64,000 nucleotides of DNA from a virus, in the IMG/VR virus record IMGVR_UViG_3300025133_000052, positions 29,285 to 93,284 of that record; one strand, written 5' to 3'. Position numbers and translations under genes: made by a program. How positions within the stretch are numbered: the first letter of the stretch is position 1; each line of letters starts with the position of its first letter. Shown here piece after piece: positions 1 to 8,129 of this stretch. The notes under the pieces are model-generated. The model did no database searches and had not been told where the DNA came from. It was given only the letters and a program-made list of their open reading frames with translations.

Positions 1-194
1 TGTTTTACTTTAAACCCGTTTTTTTGTTCCCATTTATACCCTTGATCATCAAACCAGGTATCACCTACCTCTTTATGTTCCGTTACCTTATCGTATCCAA
101 CACTAGATTTGGTTTGAAATTTATGTGTACCATCTAACATCTGTTTGACGGCCTTAACATTTTGTAATTTGCTATTTGCTTTACTTTTAGCCAT
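1..194 (-). CDS. Partial hypothetical phage protein (MAKSKANSKLQNVKAVKQMLDG...), runs off the window edge
   Basis: ATG at 192-194, open to position 1; TATTTATA motif just upstream (214-221); not in the ORF track. Confidence 0.7.
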   Translation of the reverse strand, partial: MAKSKANSKLQNVKAVKQMLDGTHKFQTKSSVGYDKVTEHKEVGDTWFDDQGYKWEQKNGFKVK

Positions 195-256
195 TTTTAA
201 TAGTTTTATTATATATAAATATTAAATTTTTTTTGTAAAAACTACTGTATAAATAA

Positions 257-3034
257 CTACCAAAGGGCATTAATTATTTGATTGACTGGTCCGAATATAC
301 CTGTTATCTTATATGTTTTACCGTTATATATTATAACAATACCCTCAGTTGGTACTATATTTTTGAATCCTCCGGCCTGTTGAACCTTTTGTAAGTTATC
401 TTTAACTTTCTTTAATTTACTTAAATCCCCACCTTTTCTGACAGCTGATATTGATGACGCTATTTTTTTTCTAATGTTTTGTACAGACTTTGCTGGATTG
501 GCTGCTAGTAGGTTTTCTGCATTTTTTAAAATATCTGCTCCTAATTCAAACATAAGTGTTTCGAATGGTAACATATTCTTTTTAACTTGAGCGGTTACTT
601 TTATTTTATCTTCTTTTTTGATCTTATCTAACAGGTCTTTGTCTGAAATATTTGTACCATTTAATCTAAAAGATTTATCCCCAAAAGCCCATCGCTTAAC
701 CAATCCCATTTTGATTGTGTTATCGATACCTTTAAATTTATTATCAATATAGTTTTCCCACCACGCTTGATGATATTCGGCTAATGTTGATGTATCTTTT
801 AGATTAAATTGTTTTTGTAATTTGTTTAGTTTTGATAGATATATCGATTTCCTCGCTGCAAAATCAAGATGTGGTTTCATCTTTATAATTTGTGGTGGAA
901 TTATTTTGAATGTTTTTTGTATGTTTTGATTTACTTGAGTTATCATACCAGTCAACATTCTCCCACTATCAGGAACTGCCCCGATTGGAGTAGCCGTCTT
1001 TAAATCATATTCTATAGCTCCATGAAATTGTAATCGGGCTACATCATAACTAATTATATTTTCTGATGCTGGGTAGATTATTTCTAAATTCATAAATGCA
1101 CTACCTCCTTTAAAGATCTTTTCTTTTTGAGCATCTGATAATGATGATACTGCTTTTTCGAGATCTTGCATAGAATACACGAAGGCTTTTTCGATATCAC
1201 CTCTACCAGCAAATTTAGATTTCATTTGTTTGATATCCATGGGCTTCTTAATGGTGGATTTATTACGTGCTGCTTTTAACTTACCATCCTTCCACGTAAC
1301 CATTAAATTTTGACCATCCGTTTTTTCGCTTGCAGCTTCATCTACATCCAATCTTCCCTGTAATCCTAAATCAATTAGATTTTTAAAATCTCCGAAAGTC
1401 ATGCCCTTATCATCAAATGGATGGCTCATATGCCCGTATGCTCCTCCCTCAGTAATTAATCCTTCCTTAATACCTTCTTGTTTTGCAAAAGGGTTATTAC
1501 CTTGACCGTAAGAAACAAAAAATAATCTTTGCTTGCCTACTTTTTTAGAAACAACCTTCCCCTCTCTTCCCGATTTCTCAAGTTCTTTAGTTGCATTATC
1601 ATGTTTTAAATAAAAATTTCTTTTTTGCTTCATAAGTGAAGCTTTTTTACTTTTCTTAGGTTTTTTCTTTTTTTTAGCTTCGTCGAATATATTTGATTTA
1701 GGTAGTACTCTCATTCTCATAGCAGATTTGCCATTGATTAATAGATCTCCTTTTTCATTCCAACCTATTGTCTTTACAACCACTTTTTTATTTTTAAACT
1801 TTCCCATTAAAACAGTGTCACCAATATTAACTGGGATTGTTATATCTTCCATTATTCCAGACCACCATTCTTTAGTTAAGACCTGTTCGTTTACTTTTGT
1901 GTCTGGTAGTTCAACTTCAGTATCTTTTTTACGTTGCTTATCAACAAGTTTCGTAACTTTTTTTAATTCTCTATCTAGCTTATTAGGTTCTTTTTTACTT
2001 GTTACGGCAGATGATTCTGCTCCCATGAAACTAACAAATTCGTATCCTAACCTTAGAGCTACTTGAGATATACGCTTAACATATTTTTTCCAGGCTCGAG
2101 TACCTTTAATATCGTCACGATTGATCGGGGTAGTAACTCCTGCTTGACCTGCAGGAAAATATGTTACTGAGTGTACTTCTCTATCTGATATAGAGTCGAA
2201 TTCGACAGCACCATCTAGTATATAGTCAACAACATCCCATCCCATTTGTTTTGCGTAAAAATCACCAGTTTTCGAGTACCCCTTGAATGTAGTAAATTGC
2301 AGGGCGGGCCCGTCATCAACTAATTGTTTTGCTGGGGATCCAGTGTTACTACTTTCATTTAAAATATTAGGTATGTCTATGGTAGATATAAAGGATTGCA
2401 TTATCTCATTGATAGCTAATAACTTATCAGTTATCAACTTATAATTCTTAGTGTGACCGAATATACCACTAAAGAGCTTCTTTCGTGTCTTATCGTCAAT
2501 CCCTTGATCTCCTAGTGCCTTCCTGATTTTAGTACCACTCATTTCACCGTAACCTGGTACTTTGAGAGACTTGTGCTTTGCAGTATATACGTACGCTCCT
2601 TCCCTGTACCCAACTTCTACTGGATCTCCTTTCTTCCATTTTTTAAAATGCTTACCACCTGATAATCTATCTGCGTCTTTTTTACCTAACATAAATACAG
2701 CTGCAGTTGTTTCAGGATCAAATTTAGAGAGTAACTCCTGTGCCTTGTAAGGACTGTTTACTTTAATAACATTTTTAATCCCGTGAGATTTAATTATTTT
2801 TGCTTTTTCTTGATATGAAAACGGAGATTTAGGCATTTCAACTTTATCTGATGTTGCTACCCATACTTCATCAAATCCTAATTTTTTTAATTCATCGTAA
2901 GTTTGTGCGTGGTGCTTACCCATAGGTTGGAACCTACCCGGGTAAATACCAATTACCTTTTTGATACCGTTTTCTTTCTTAACAGTACCTTCTGTAACTA
3001 TTTGCTTTACTATCCAATCTCCTATAGTGTTCAT
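257..3034 (-). CDS. Multidomain protein: N-terminal cytidylyltransferase-like (HIGH-class) nucleotidyltransferase, small modules, C-terminal ATP-dependent ligase-like domain
   Basis: GRFQPMGKHH and MSGTKIR motifs; ligase motifs EKTDGQN (I), EGIV (IV), YKIT (V); (I/V/L)xE linkers between domains. Confidence 0.65.
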   Translation of the reverse strand: MNTIGDWIVKQIVTEGTVKKENGIKKVIGIYPGRFQPMGKHHAQTYDELKKLGFDEVWVATSDKVEMPKSPFSYQEKAKIIKSHGIKNVIKVNSPYKAQELLSKFDPETTAAVFMLGKKDADRLSGGKHFKKWKKGDPVEVGYREGAYVYTAKHKSLKVPGYGEMSGTKIRKALGDQGIDDKTRKKLFSGIFGHTKNYKLITDKLLAINEIMQSFISTIDIPNILNESSNTGSPAKQLVDDGPALQFTTFKGYSKTGDFYAKQMGWDVVDYILDGAVEFDSISDREVHSVTYFPAGQAGVTTPINRDDIKGTRAWKKYVKRISQVALRLGYEFVSFMGAESSAVTSKKEPNKLDRELKKVTKLVDKQRKKDTEVELPDTKVNEQVLTKEWWSGIMEDITIPVNIGDTVLMGKFKNKKVVVKTIGWNEKGDLLINGKSAMRMRVLPKSNIFDEAKKKKKPKKSKKASLMKQKRNFYLKHDNATKELEKSGREGKVVSKKVGKQRLFFVSYGQGNNPFAKQEGIKEGLITEGGAYGHMSHPFDDKGMTFGDFKNLIDLGLQGRLDVDEAASEKTDGQNLMVTWKDGKLKAARNKSTIKKPMDIKQMKSKFAGRGDIEKAFVYSMQDLEKAVSSLSDAQKEKIFKGGSAFMNLEIIYPASENIISYDVARLQFHGAIEYDLKTATPIGAVPDSGRMLTGMITQVNQNIQKTFKIIPPQIIKMKPHLDFAARKSIYLSKLNKLQKQFNLKDTSTLAEYHQAWWENYIDNKFKGIDNTIKMGLVKRWAFGDKSFRLNGTNISDKDLLDKIKKEDKIKVTAQVKKNMLPFETLMFELGADILKNAENLLAANPAKSVQNIRKKIASSISAVRKGGDLSKLKKVKDNLQKVQQAGGFKNIVPTEGIVIIYNGKTYKITGIFGPVNQIINALW

Positions 3035-3060
3035 ATTATATATAAATATTTATATTAATA

Positions 3061-3126
3061 AGATGACCCCGGAAAAAGTTGAGTATATTATCGTTTTAAA
3101 AGGATAAAAATTTCCCAGGGCCATCT
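3061..3126 (-). other. Intergenic RNA stem-loop
   Basis: 16-bp stem AGAUGGCCCUGGGAAA/UUUUCCGGGGUCAUCU whose three non-Watson-Crick pairs are all G-U on the minus strand. Confidence 0.55.
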
Positions 3127-3128
3127 GA

Positions 3129-3503
3129 TTATGTTATTTCAAAATCCTCTCCTATTGTCATCTCTCCGATTTCATCAATTGGATTGGATGTAGTTAGCTG
3201 TATCTCTGCTATGTTAGCTGTGTTATTTGTTACATCATCAATTATAAGTTTTTTGTCATTTGTAATTCTTAATCTATATTTAGTGTAATCTTCTGATTGT
3301 AACACAACACCTTTTTGAGAATTTAATATAGATATATCGTTATTATGCACAGAACCGGTGATCTGCATTAAATTAGTTTGTAATTGAAGATCTATTATTT
3401 GTTGTTGGAGAGTAGTTATTTTATCTTCATTTCCCTTTATTTGGTTAAAGAGACTAAGATGTTTTTGACCTATAAATTTACCTAATTCCGATAATATACT
3501 CAT
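3129..3503 (-). CDS. Small coiled-coil, putative fibre-associated protein
   Basis: Heptad segment followed by a short beta region and an ITGS motif shared with the fibre genes. Confidence 0.5.
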   Translation of the reverse strand: MSILSELGKFIGQKHLSLFNQIKGNEDKITTLQQQIIDLQLQTNLMQITGSVHNNDISILNSQKGVVLQSEDYTKYRLRITNDKKLIIDDVTNNTANIAEIQLTTSNPIDEIGEMTIGEDFEIT

Positions 3504-3584
3504 TGACGTAACGCCCGGTTTGGGTTATTTTTTCTTTTAGATATACATAACCGTTATAATTGTATATAAATATTTAGAATTAAT

Positions 3585-3615
3585 AAAAAAAGGGGGAAAT
3601 TGCTTTCCCCCTTTT
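3585..3615 (-). terminator. Rho-independent terminator (possibly bidirectional)
   Basis: AAAAGGGGGAAA-TTGC-TTTCCCCCTTTT hairpin with A/T tracts on both sides, downstream of the Ala-rich gene trio. Confidence 0.85.
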
Positions 3616-3718
3616 AATTTGAATGGTTGTTAGAATTAAACCACTACCCGATTACAATATTATATATTGTTAAATCTTAGTCGTCATTTGCTTCTTCATC
3701 CCCATCATCACTTGCTAT

Positions 3719-4180
3719 TTATGCAGCTCCGCCTGAAAAAACAAGATCAAATGCAACTTGCATTTCAGTTTCTGAACCTTGATCAGCAATAATGTCATTA
3801 GCCATGGTTTCAATGTTTGCTACTTCTGTAGAAATAACCCCGTTATATTCACTAGCTTCTTGACCTATAGTAATCGCGGCTTTTGCAAGGTTTGACTGGA
3901 TTACCATACCAGTCTGAAGAGCAGATCCTTCCCTTATACCTGCTGCGAGATTCGCGAATTCATCCTCTCTGGCTGCTTGTTCAACGCGCCACACGCCACT
4001 ATGCTTGGCTTTCATAGCTTCTGTTTGGCCAGTAACTGAGTCATCCATCTCCTGTTTTTTAGTATTTCTGAAGGTGCCTGCAACATCAGTGATACTTGTA
4101 ATTGCATCATTGTTAGCTGTTACTTGCTCTCTTAGTTTTACAACCAGATTACCCGCGATTGCACTCATATTTGTCATCAT
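3719..4180 (-). CDS. Ala-rich helical protein (paralog 3)
   Basis: MMTN start; upstream region nearly identical to that of 4244..5023. Confidence 0.7.
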   Translation of the reverse strand: MMTNMSAIAGNLVVKLREQVTANNDAITSITDVAGTFRNTKKQEMDDSVTGQTEAMKAKHSGVWRVEQAAREDEFANLAAGIREGSALQTGMVIQSNLAKAAITIGQEASEYNGVISTEVANIETMANDIIADQGSETEMQVAFDLVFSGGAA

Positions 4181-4243
4181 AATTATTTTCTCTATTTATG
4201 TTTTGTTAAAATATTATTTTTAAGTTATATATACTATTTTTAG

Positions 4244-5023
4244 CTAGCTAGCTGCATAAGCTTCTAACTCGGACTTAGCTATAGCTAAGCTATCCTGTGC
4301 ATATGTCTTAGCAGCTAATGCTTTAGCTAAATCAGCTGATGCATCAGCTTTGTTCGTCGCTGATTTCGTGAGTTGTGCTTGAGCGGCTTCAATAGCAGCT
4401 GTATCTTCACTTGCTGTAGCTACGGCAAGAGCTTTTGTTGATTCTTTTAATTCAGCTTCAGCAGCTACAAGGTTTGCTTCTGCATCAGCAAACTCGGTCA
4501 ATGACTTATCAGCTTCAGCTTGTGCTGACATTACTGCGGCTTCAAGTTCTGCAAAAGATGCTGCTGCAGGTGGTGATCCGAAAGCTGCTGTAAATCCCAT
4601 AACGATAGAATCGATACCATCAACAGATCCTGTGTGATCACTTACACGGCCTACGTCGATTATTCCATCACTGAAAAAAGAACTGTATCTTGTTATGGCT
4701 GCACCGTTGGAAGCGTCTATTGCAGATTTACAGTCTTCAAGTGACTCGAAGGTTGCTTCTGCAACTTCATCATCGACTCTAATACTATCGCTTGTAGCAG
4801 CTGCTATAGCGTTATACCTCTCTATAGCTGTTAGTCTTTCCGCTCTATAAGCTGTTATTTTTCTTTGCAAAGGGAACATTGCGTTTTCAAGCTCCAGCGC
4901 GAACACTTCCGCGTTCTGTACTTCTATTTCACCTTGTGCAGATAATGCAGCATAGCAATTTTCTTTAGAAGCTAAAAGGGCCTTAGCGGCACTTTCCCCT
5001 AATTTTTTTGAGTTTGACATCAT
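4244..5023 (-). CDS. Ala-rich coiled-coil protein (paralog 2)
   Basis: MMSN start; Ala/Glu-rich heptads. Confidence 0.75.
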   Translation of the reverse strand: MMSNSKKLGESAAKALLASKENCYAALSAQGEIEVQNAEVFALELENAMFPLQRKITAYRAERLTAIERYNAIAAATSDSIRVDDEVAEATFESLEDCKSAIDASNGAAITRYSSFFSDGIIDVGRVSDHTGSVDGIDSIVMGFTAAFGSPPAAASFAELEAAVMSAQAEADKSLTEFADAEANLVAAEAELKESTKALAVATASEDTAAIEAAQAQLTKSATNKADASADLAKALAAKTYAQDSLAIAKSELEAYAAS

Positions 5024-5076
5024 AATTATTTTCTCTATTTTTTATTTTTATGTTAATTTTAAACTATAAGTTATTT

Positions 5077-6357
5077 TTAAGCTTCATTACCACCGAAGTT
5101 AGCATCTTTCCACGCCAATACAGTAGATAGAGCTGCGTTAACAAGCGCTAGTTCTACCTCAGCACGCTCTTTTATACCAATATATCTGTATTTGTCCAAC
5201 ATAAGTGGAAAATTAGCATCGCTAGCGTCGTTCACCTCTTGTTGTTTTGCAGTCACTGCGTCTACAAGTGCTAGGTGAGCTGCATCTGTTTCATCTGAAT
5301 TTGGATCAGCTGCGAACTTTTCATCATAGCTTGTTTGTGCTGCAGAAACGACAGCTGCCAGTTTTTCTAATGAGGATGCTGCAGAAGCTTCATTGGCTGC
5401 AATGTCGTTTGTCCTTTCATTGATTAAATCATCATAGCTAGCTATAACAGATTTTAGCGAAGACTTTTTCTCATTAGTTGTATCAATTGCAGAGTCAACA
5501 GGACCTAATTCTGTAGCCATTACTTTTTGCTCTGATGATTTTACCCCTTCATACATATTGATCCTTGCATCGGCCAGGTTTTGCTGTGCGGTATAGTGAG
5601 ATACATCCTCAGCTCTATTGCTTATTAAAGCTGCCTTGTCAGCTGTCAATTCAGACACTTTTTCTATCGAATCTGGACCAACTGCTAACCATTCTTGATT
5701 AGTCATTGTACCTGCAGCGTGAGATGCTTTGTGCCCATTTAACTGCGCAGTACTCTCTGCTAGTTGTTTTTCTTTTTCAGCTAAATCGCTTGCATAAAGG
5801 GCAGCAGCTGAAACGTCTTCACTTGCTCGTTTTGCTTTTTCAGAATTCTCTTGAGCGATCATTGCCTCTGCATTTGTAATGTTGGCTGTATGCCTTTCCA
5901 TTCTTTGGTTTGCAGACCCATTCTCACCGTAGGCCGCAGTATAAAGTTCAGTAAATGACCCTAAATCAACCCTTACTTGAGTGAATTCAGATGCTATTTT
6001 CTCAGCCTTTGCAGCTGCAGCTGCATTTGCATCGCCTTCATTTTTAGTCAATAATGACATAAGACCGGTAAATTCACTACTTTCTACCAGCTGGCTTGCA
6101 CCTTGACCGAAAAATGCTTGCTGTAGTGCTGTCGTTGCAGCTTTATGGGCTTCAACTGCTGCTGTTTCATCAGCTGAATATTCTGCGGCATCATTCGCTA
6201 CTGCACTATTGTAGTTTGCTACTGATGTATTATTCTTTGCTGTATGGTTAGCTGAAATTTCGGCCCATTTGGCCTCTAAGTCAGCTATTCTACCTGTTTC
6301 GATCTCTGCTAGTTTGTTTGTTACTAGGTTCACGAAGAGTTTATTGTTACTCATCAT
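5077..6357 (-). CDS. Ala-rich coiled-coil protein (paralog 1)
   Basis: MMSN start; long acidic Ala-rich helices; strong GCT/GCA codon use. Confidence 0.75.
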   Translation of the reverse strand: MMSNNKLFVNLVTNKLAEIETGRIADLEAKWAEISANHTAKNNTSVANYNSAVANDAAEYSADETAAVEAHKAATTALQQAFFGQGASQLVESSEFTGLMSLLTKNEGDANAAAAAKAEKIASEFTQVRVDLGSFTELYTAAYGENGSANQRMERHTANITNAEAMIAQENSEKAKRASEDVSAAALYASDLAEKEKQLAESTAQLNGHKASHAAGTMTNQEWLAVGPDSIEKVSELTADKAALISNRAEDVSHYTAQQNLADARINMYEGVKSSEQKVMATELGPVDSAIDTTNEKKSSLKSVIASYDDLINERTNDIAANEASAASSLEKLAAVVSAAQTSYDEKFAADPNSDETDAAHLALVDAVTAKQQEVNDASDANFPLMLDKYRYIGIKERAEVELALVNAALSTVLAWKDANFGGNEA

Positions 6358-6636
6358 AATTTGTTCTCTTGTTTATGATTGTTAAAAAAAATAAAAATAC
6401 TACCTGTGCGCAATCAGTAGTAATGTCGTATGTATTGTGTATTATGTGTTTCCTCTGTATGGTGTTATATACTTGATATTATTATTATATTAAGATATTA
6501 TTTTTAAAAATAATTAACCTCTATTTGTAATAACCCTTAAATTTATTTGGAAACTTTATTAGGAAAGTTTATGTGTGTCATTTTCAAATATAAATATCAT
6601 TTTACATTGAAAACAACTGCTGTATAAAAAAATAAT

Positions 6637-7467
6637 TTACAGAGATATACCGGGATTTGTGAAATCTAGAGAGTCAAGACCTTCTTCAAATGACGTAACA
6701 TCTTCTGCACTGATGCCGCCCTCTTGTTCCCATTTTTCACGCTCAAATTCAGTAGTGGATGTATGAGCTTCAATACAGTTGTAAAGCACTAAATTGTATA
6801 TGATATCATCTCCTATATTGTAATATGTGCTAGAACTCCAGTCTGTGACTCCTGTGGAAGATCCTAGGGCTACTTCTCGGATAGCTTGTATAGATACTCT
6901 GATTTCATCAGTGCTATCTACTTTTGTGTACTTAAAGGTAAGGAAGTTTATAAATCCGACTTGAAATACACCGTCATTTTGTAGTACGACGAATTTTGAT
7001 TTACCCGTCTTGTACTGGGAATTTATTTCTTCAATACCGTATCCGTTGATCTTAACAGGGGCCCCGTTACAGTACAATCTAATAGTAATTGTTACTCCGG
7101 ATTCACCAAAGTCAGATGAATCAAAGTCAAAGTCTAAAGCTCCTTCCTGGTATATTATATACTCTTTATCTTTATTAAAGAGAATCTTATTTGTACCTGT
7201 ATTACTTGTTACTTCAATGTCACGGTCTACGACAATCTTCTTTTCAGTTTCTTGTAAATTGTCATATCCACCTCTATCGGTCATTAATGACTGCATAGCT
7301 GCTTCAACAACTTGTTTACTTAACCCGACTTTACGTGCCATTCGATTTAAATTAGCTATAGATGTTATATCGTAGTAATCACCATCACTTAGATTAGAAA
7401 CGTACGTAAATTTAGATTTACCTTCACGCTTCCACTTTGTTCTATCTTTTATTATACCGAATTTCAT
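6637..7467 (-). CDS. Putative virion protein with a C-terminal CBM5/12-like carbohydrate-binding module
   Basis: DWSSSTYYNIGDDIIYNLVLYNCIEAHTS...KW matches the chitin-binding type 3 pattern. Confidence 0.6.
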   Translation of the reverse strand: MKFGIIKDRTKWKREGKSKFTYVSNLSDGDYYDITSIANLNRMARKVGLSKQVVEAAMQSLMTDRGGYDNLQETEKKIVVDRDIEVTSNTGTNKILFNKDKEYIIYQEGALDFDFDSSDFGESGVTITIRLYCNGAPVKINGYGIEEINSQYKTGKSKFVVLQNDGVFQVGFINFLTFKYTKVDSTDEIRVSIQAIREVALGSSTGVTDWSSSTYYNIGDDIIYNLVLYNCIEAHTSTTEFEREKWEQEGGISAEDVTSFEEGLDSLDFTNPGISL

Positions 7468-7479
7468 AATATATACATT

Positions 7480-8097
7480 CTACAGACCTAATGCTTCGTT
7501 TTGAAACATTGTTGAAAATATTCTAATGTTATCAATAGCTATTGGAGGATTATTAGCAGCTAATTCGCTTCCGGTGTTTACCCATGTAAACAATATACGT
7601 TTAGAGTCACCTCTGTAATCAGATATATCAAGTTCGATAAACTCTCTCATCCAAACACTTTGCAGTGCGTACGCTTTACCAGTTGTTGTAGTATATCCTA
7701 AATTTGGATCCCAACCAAGGGGCTCTCCGTCATATGGGTCGTATTGAGTACCTGCTGAAACACCAGCTATAGTCTCTATTTGAAATACATTTAAGTATGA
7801 TGAGTCTGCAGATCCTATACCTTTATAGTAAAATTCAAGATATGATTTTGCTGATACTTCAGGAATATCTACATCTATGTAAAAATGACTAACTTGTAGT
7901 GATGTGTGATCGTAGGTATTAGTGGTACCGGTATCAGAGCTAATGTAAAGAGCAGTGTCTCCGGTATGTGTCTCAGCTGATCCAAGTGTCCATGTATTAG
8001 TAGTGTCATTGACTAGTGTAATGTCACTTGGTAACCCAGATTCAAAATCAGTTTTAAATAAATCTACTCTAACAGTTTGTAATGGATTGTAAGTCAT
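7480..8097 (-). CDS. Beta-sandwich (MAM/adhesin-like) protein, putative receptor-binding accessory
   Basis: DFESG...W...ALYIS...NNPPIAIDNI pattern resembles jelly-roll domains of Bacteroidota surface proteins. Confidence 0.45.
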   Translation of the reverse strand: MTYNPLQTVRVDLFKTDFESGLPSDITLVNDTTNTWTLGSAETHTGDTALYISSDTGTTNTYDHTSLQVSHFYIDVDIPEVSAKSYLEFYYKGIGSADSSYLNVFQIETIAGVSAGTQYDPYDGEPLGWDPNLGYTTTTGKAYALQSVWMREFIELDISDYRGDSKRILFTWVNTGSELAANNPPIAIDNIRIFSTMFQNEALGL

Positions 8098-8129
8098 TTT
8101 TTATTTCACCTTTTTTTCTTGTACATCGT

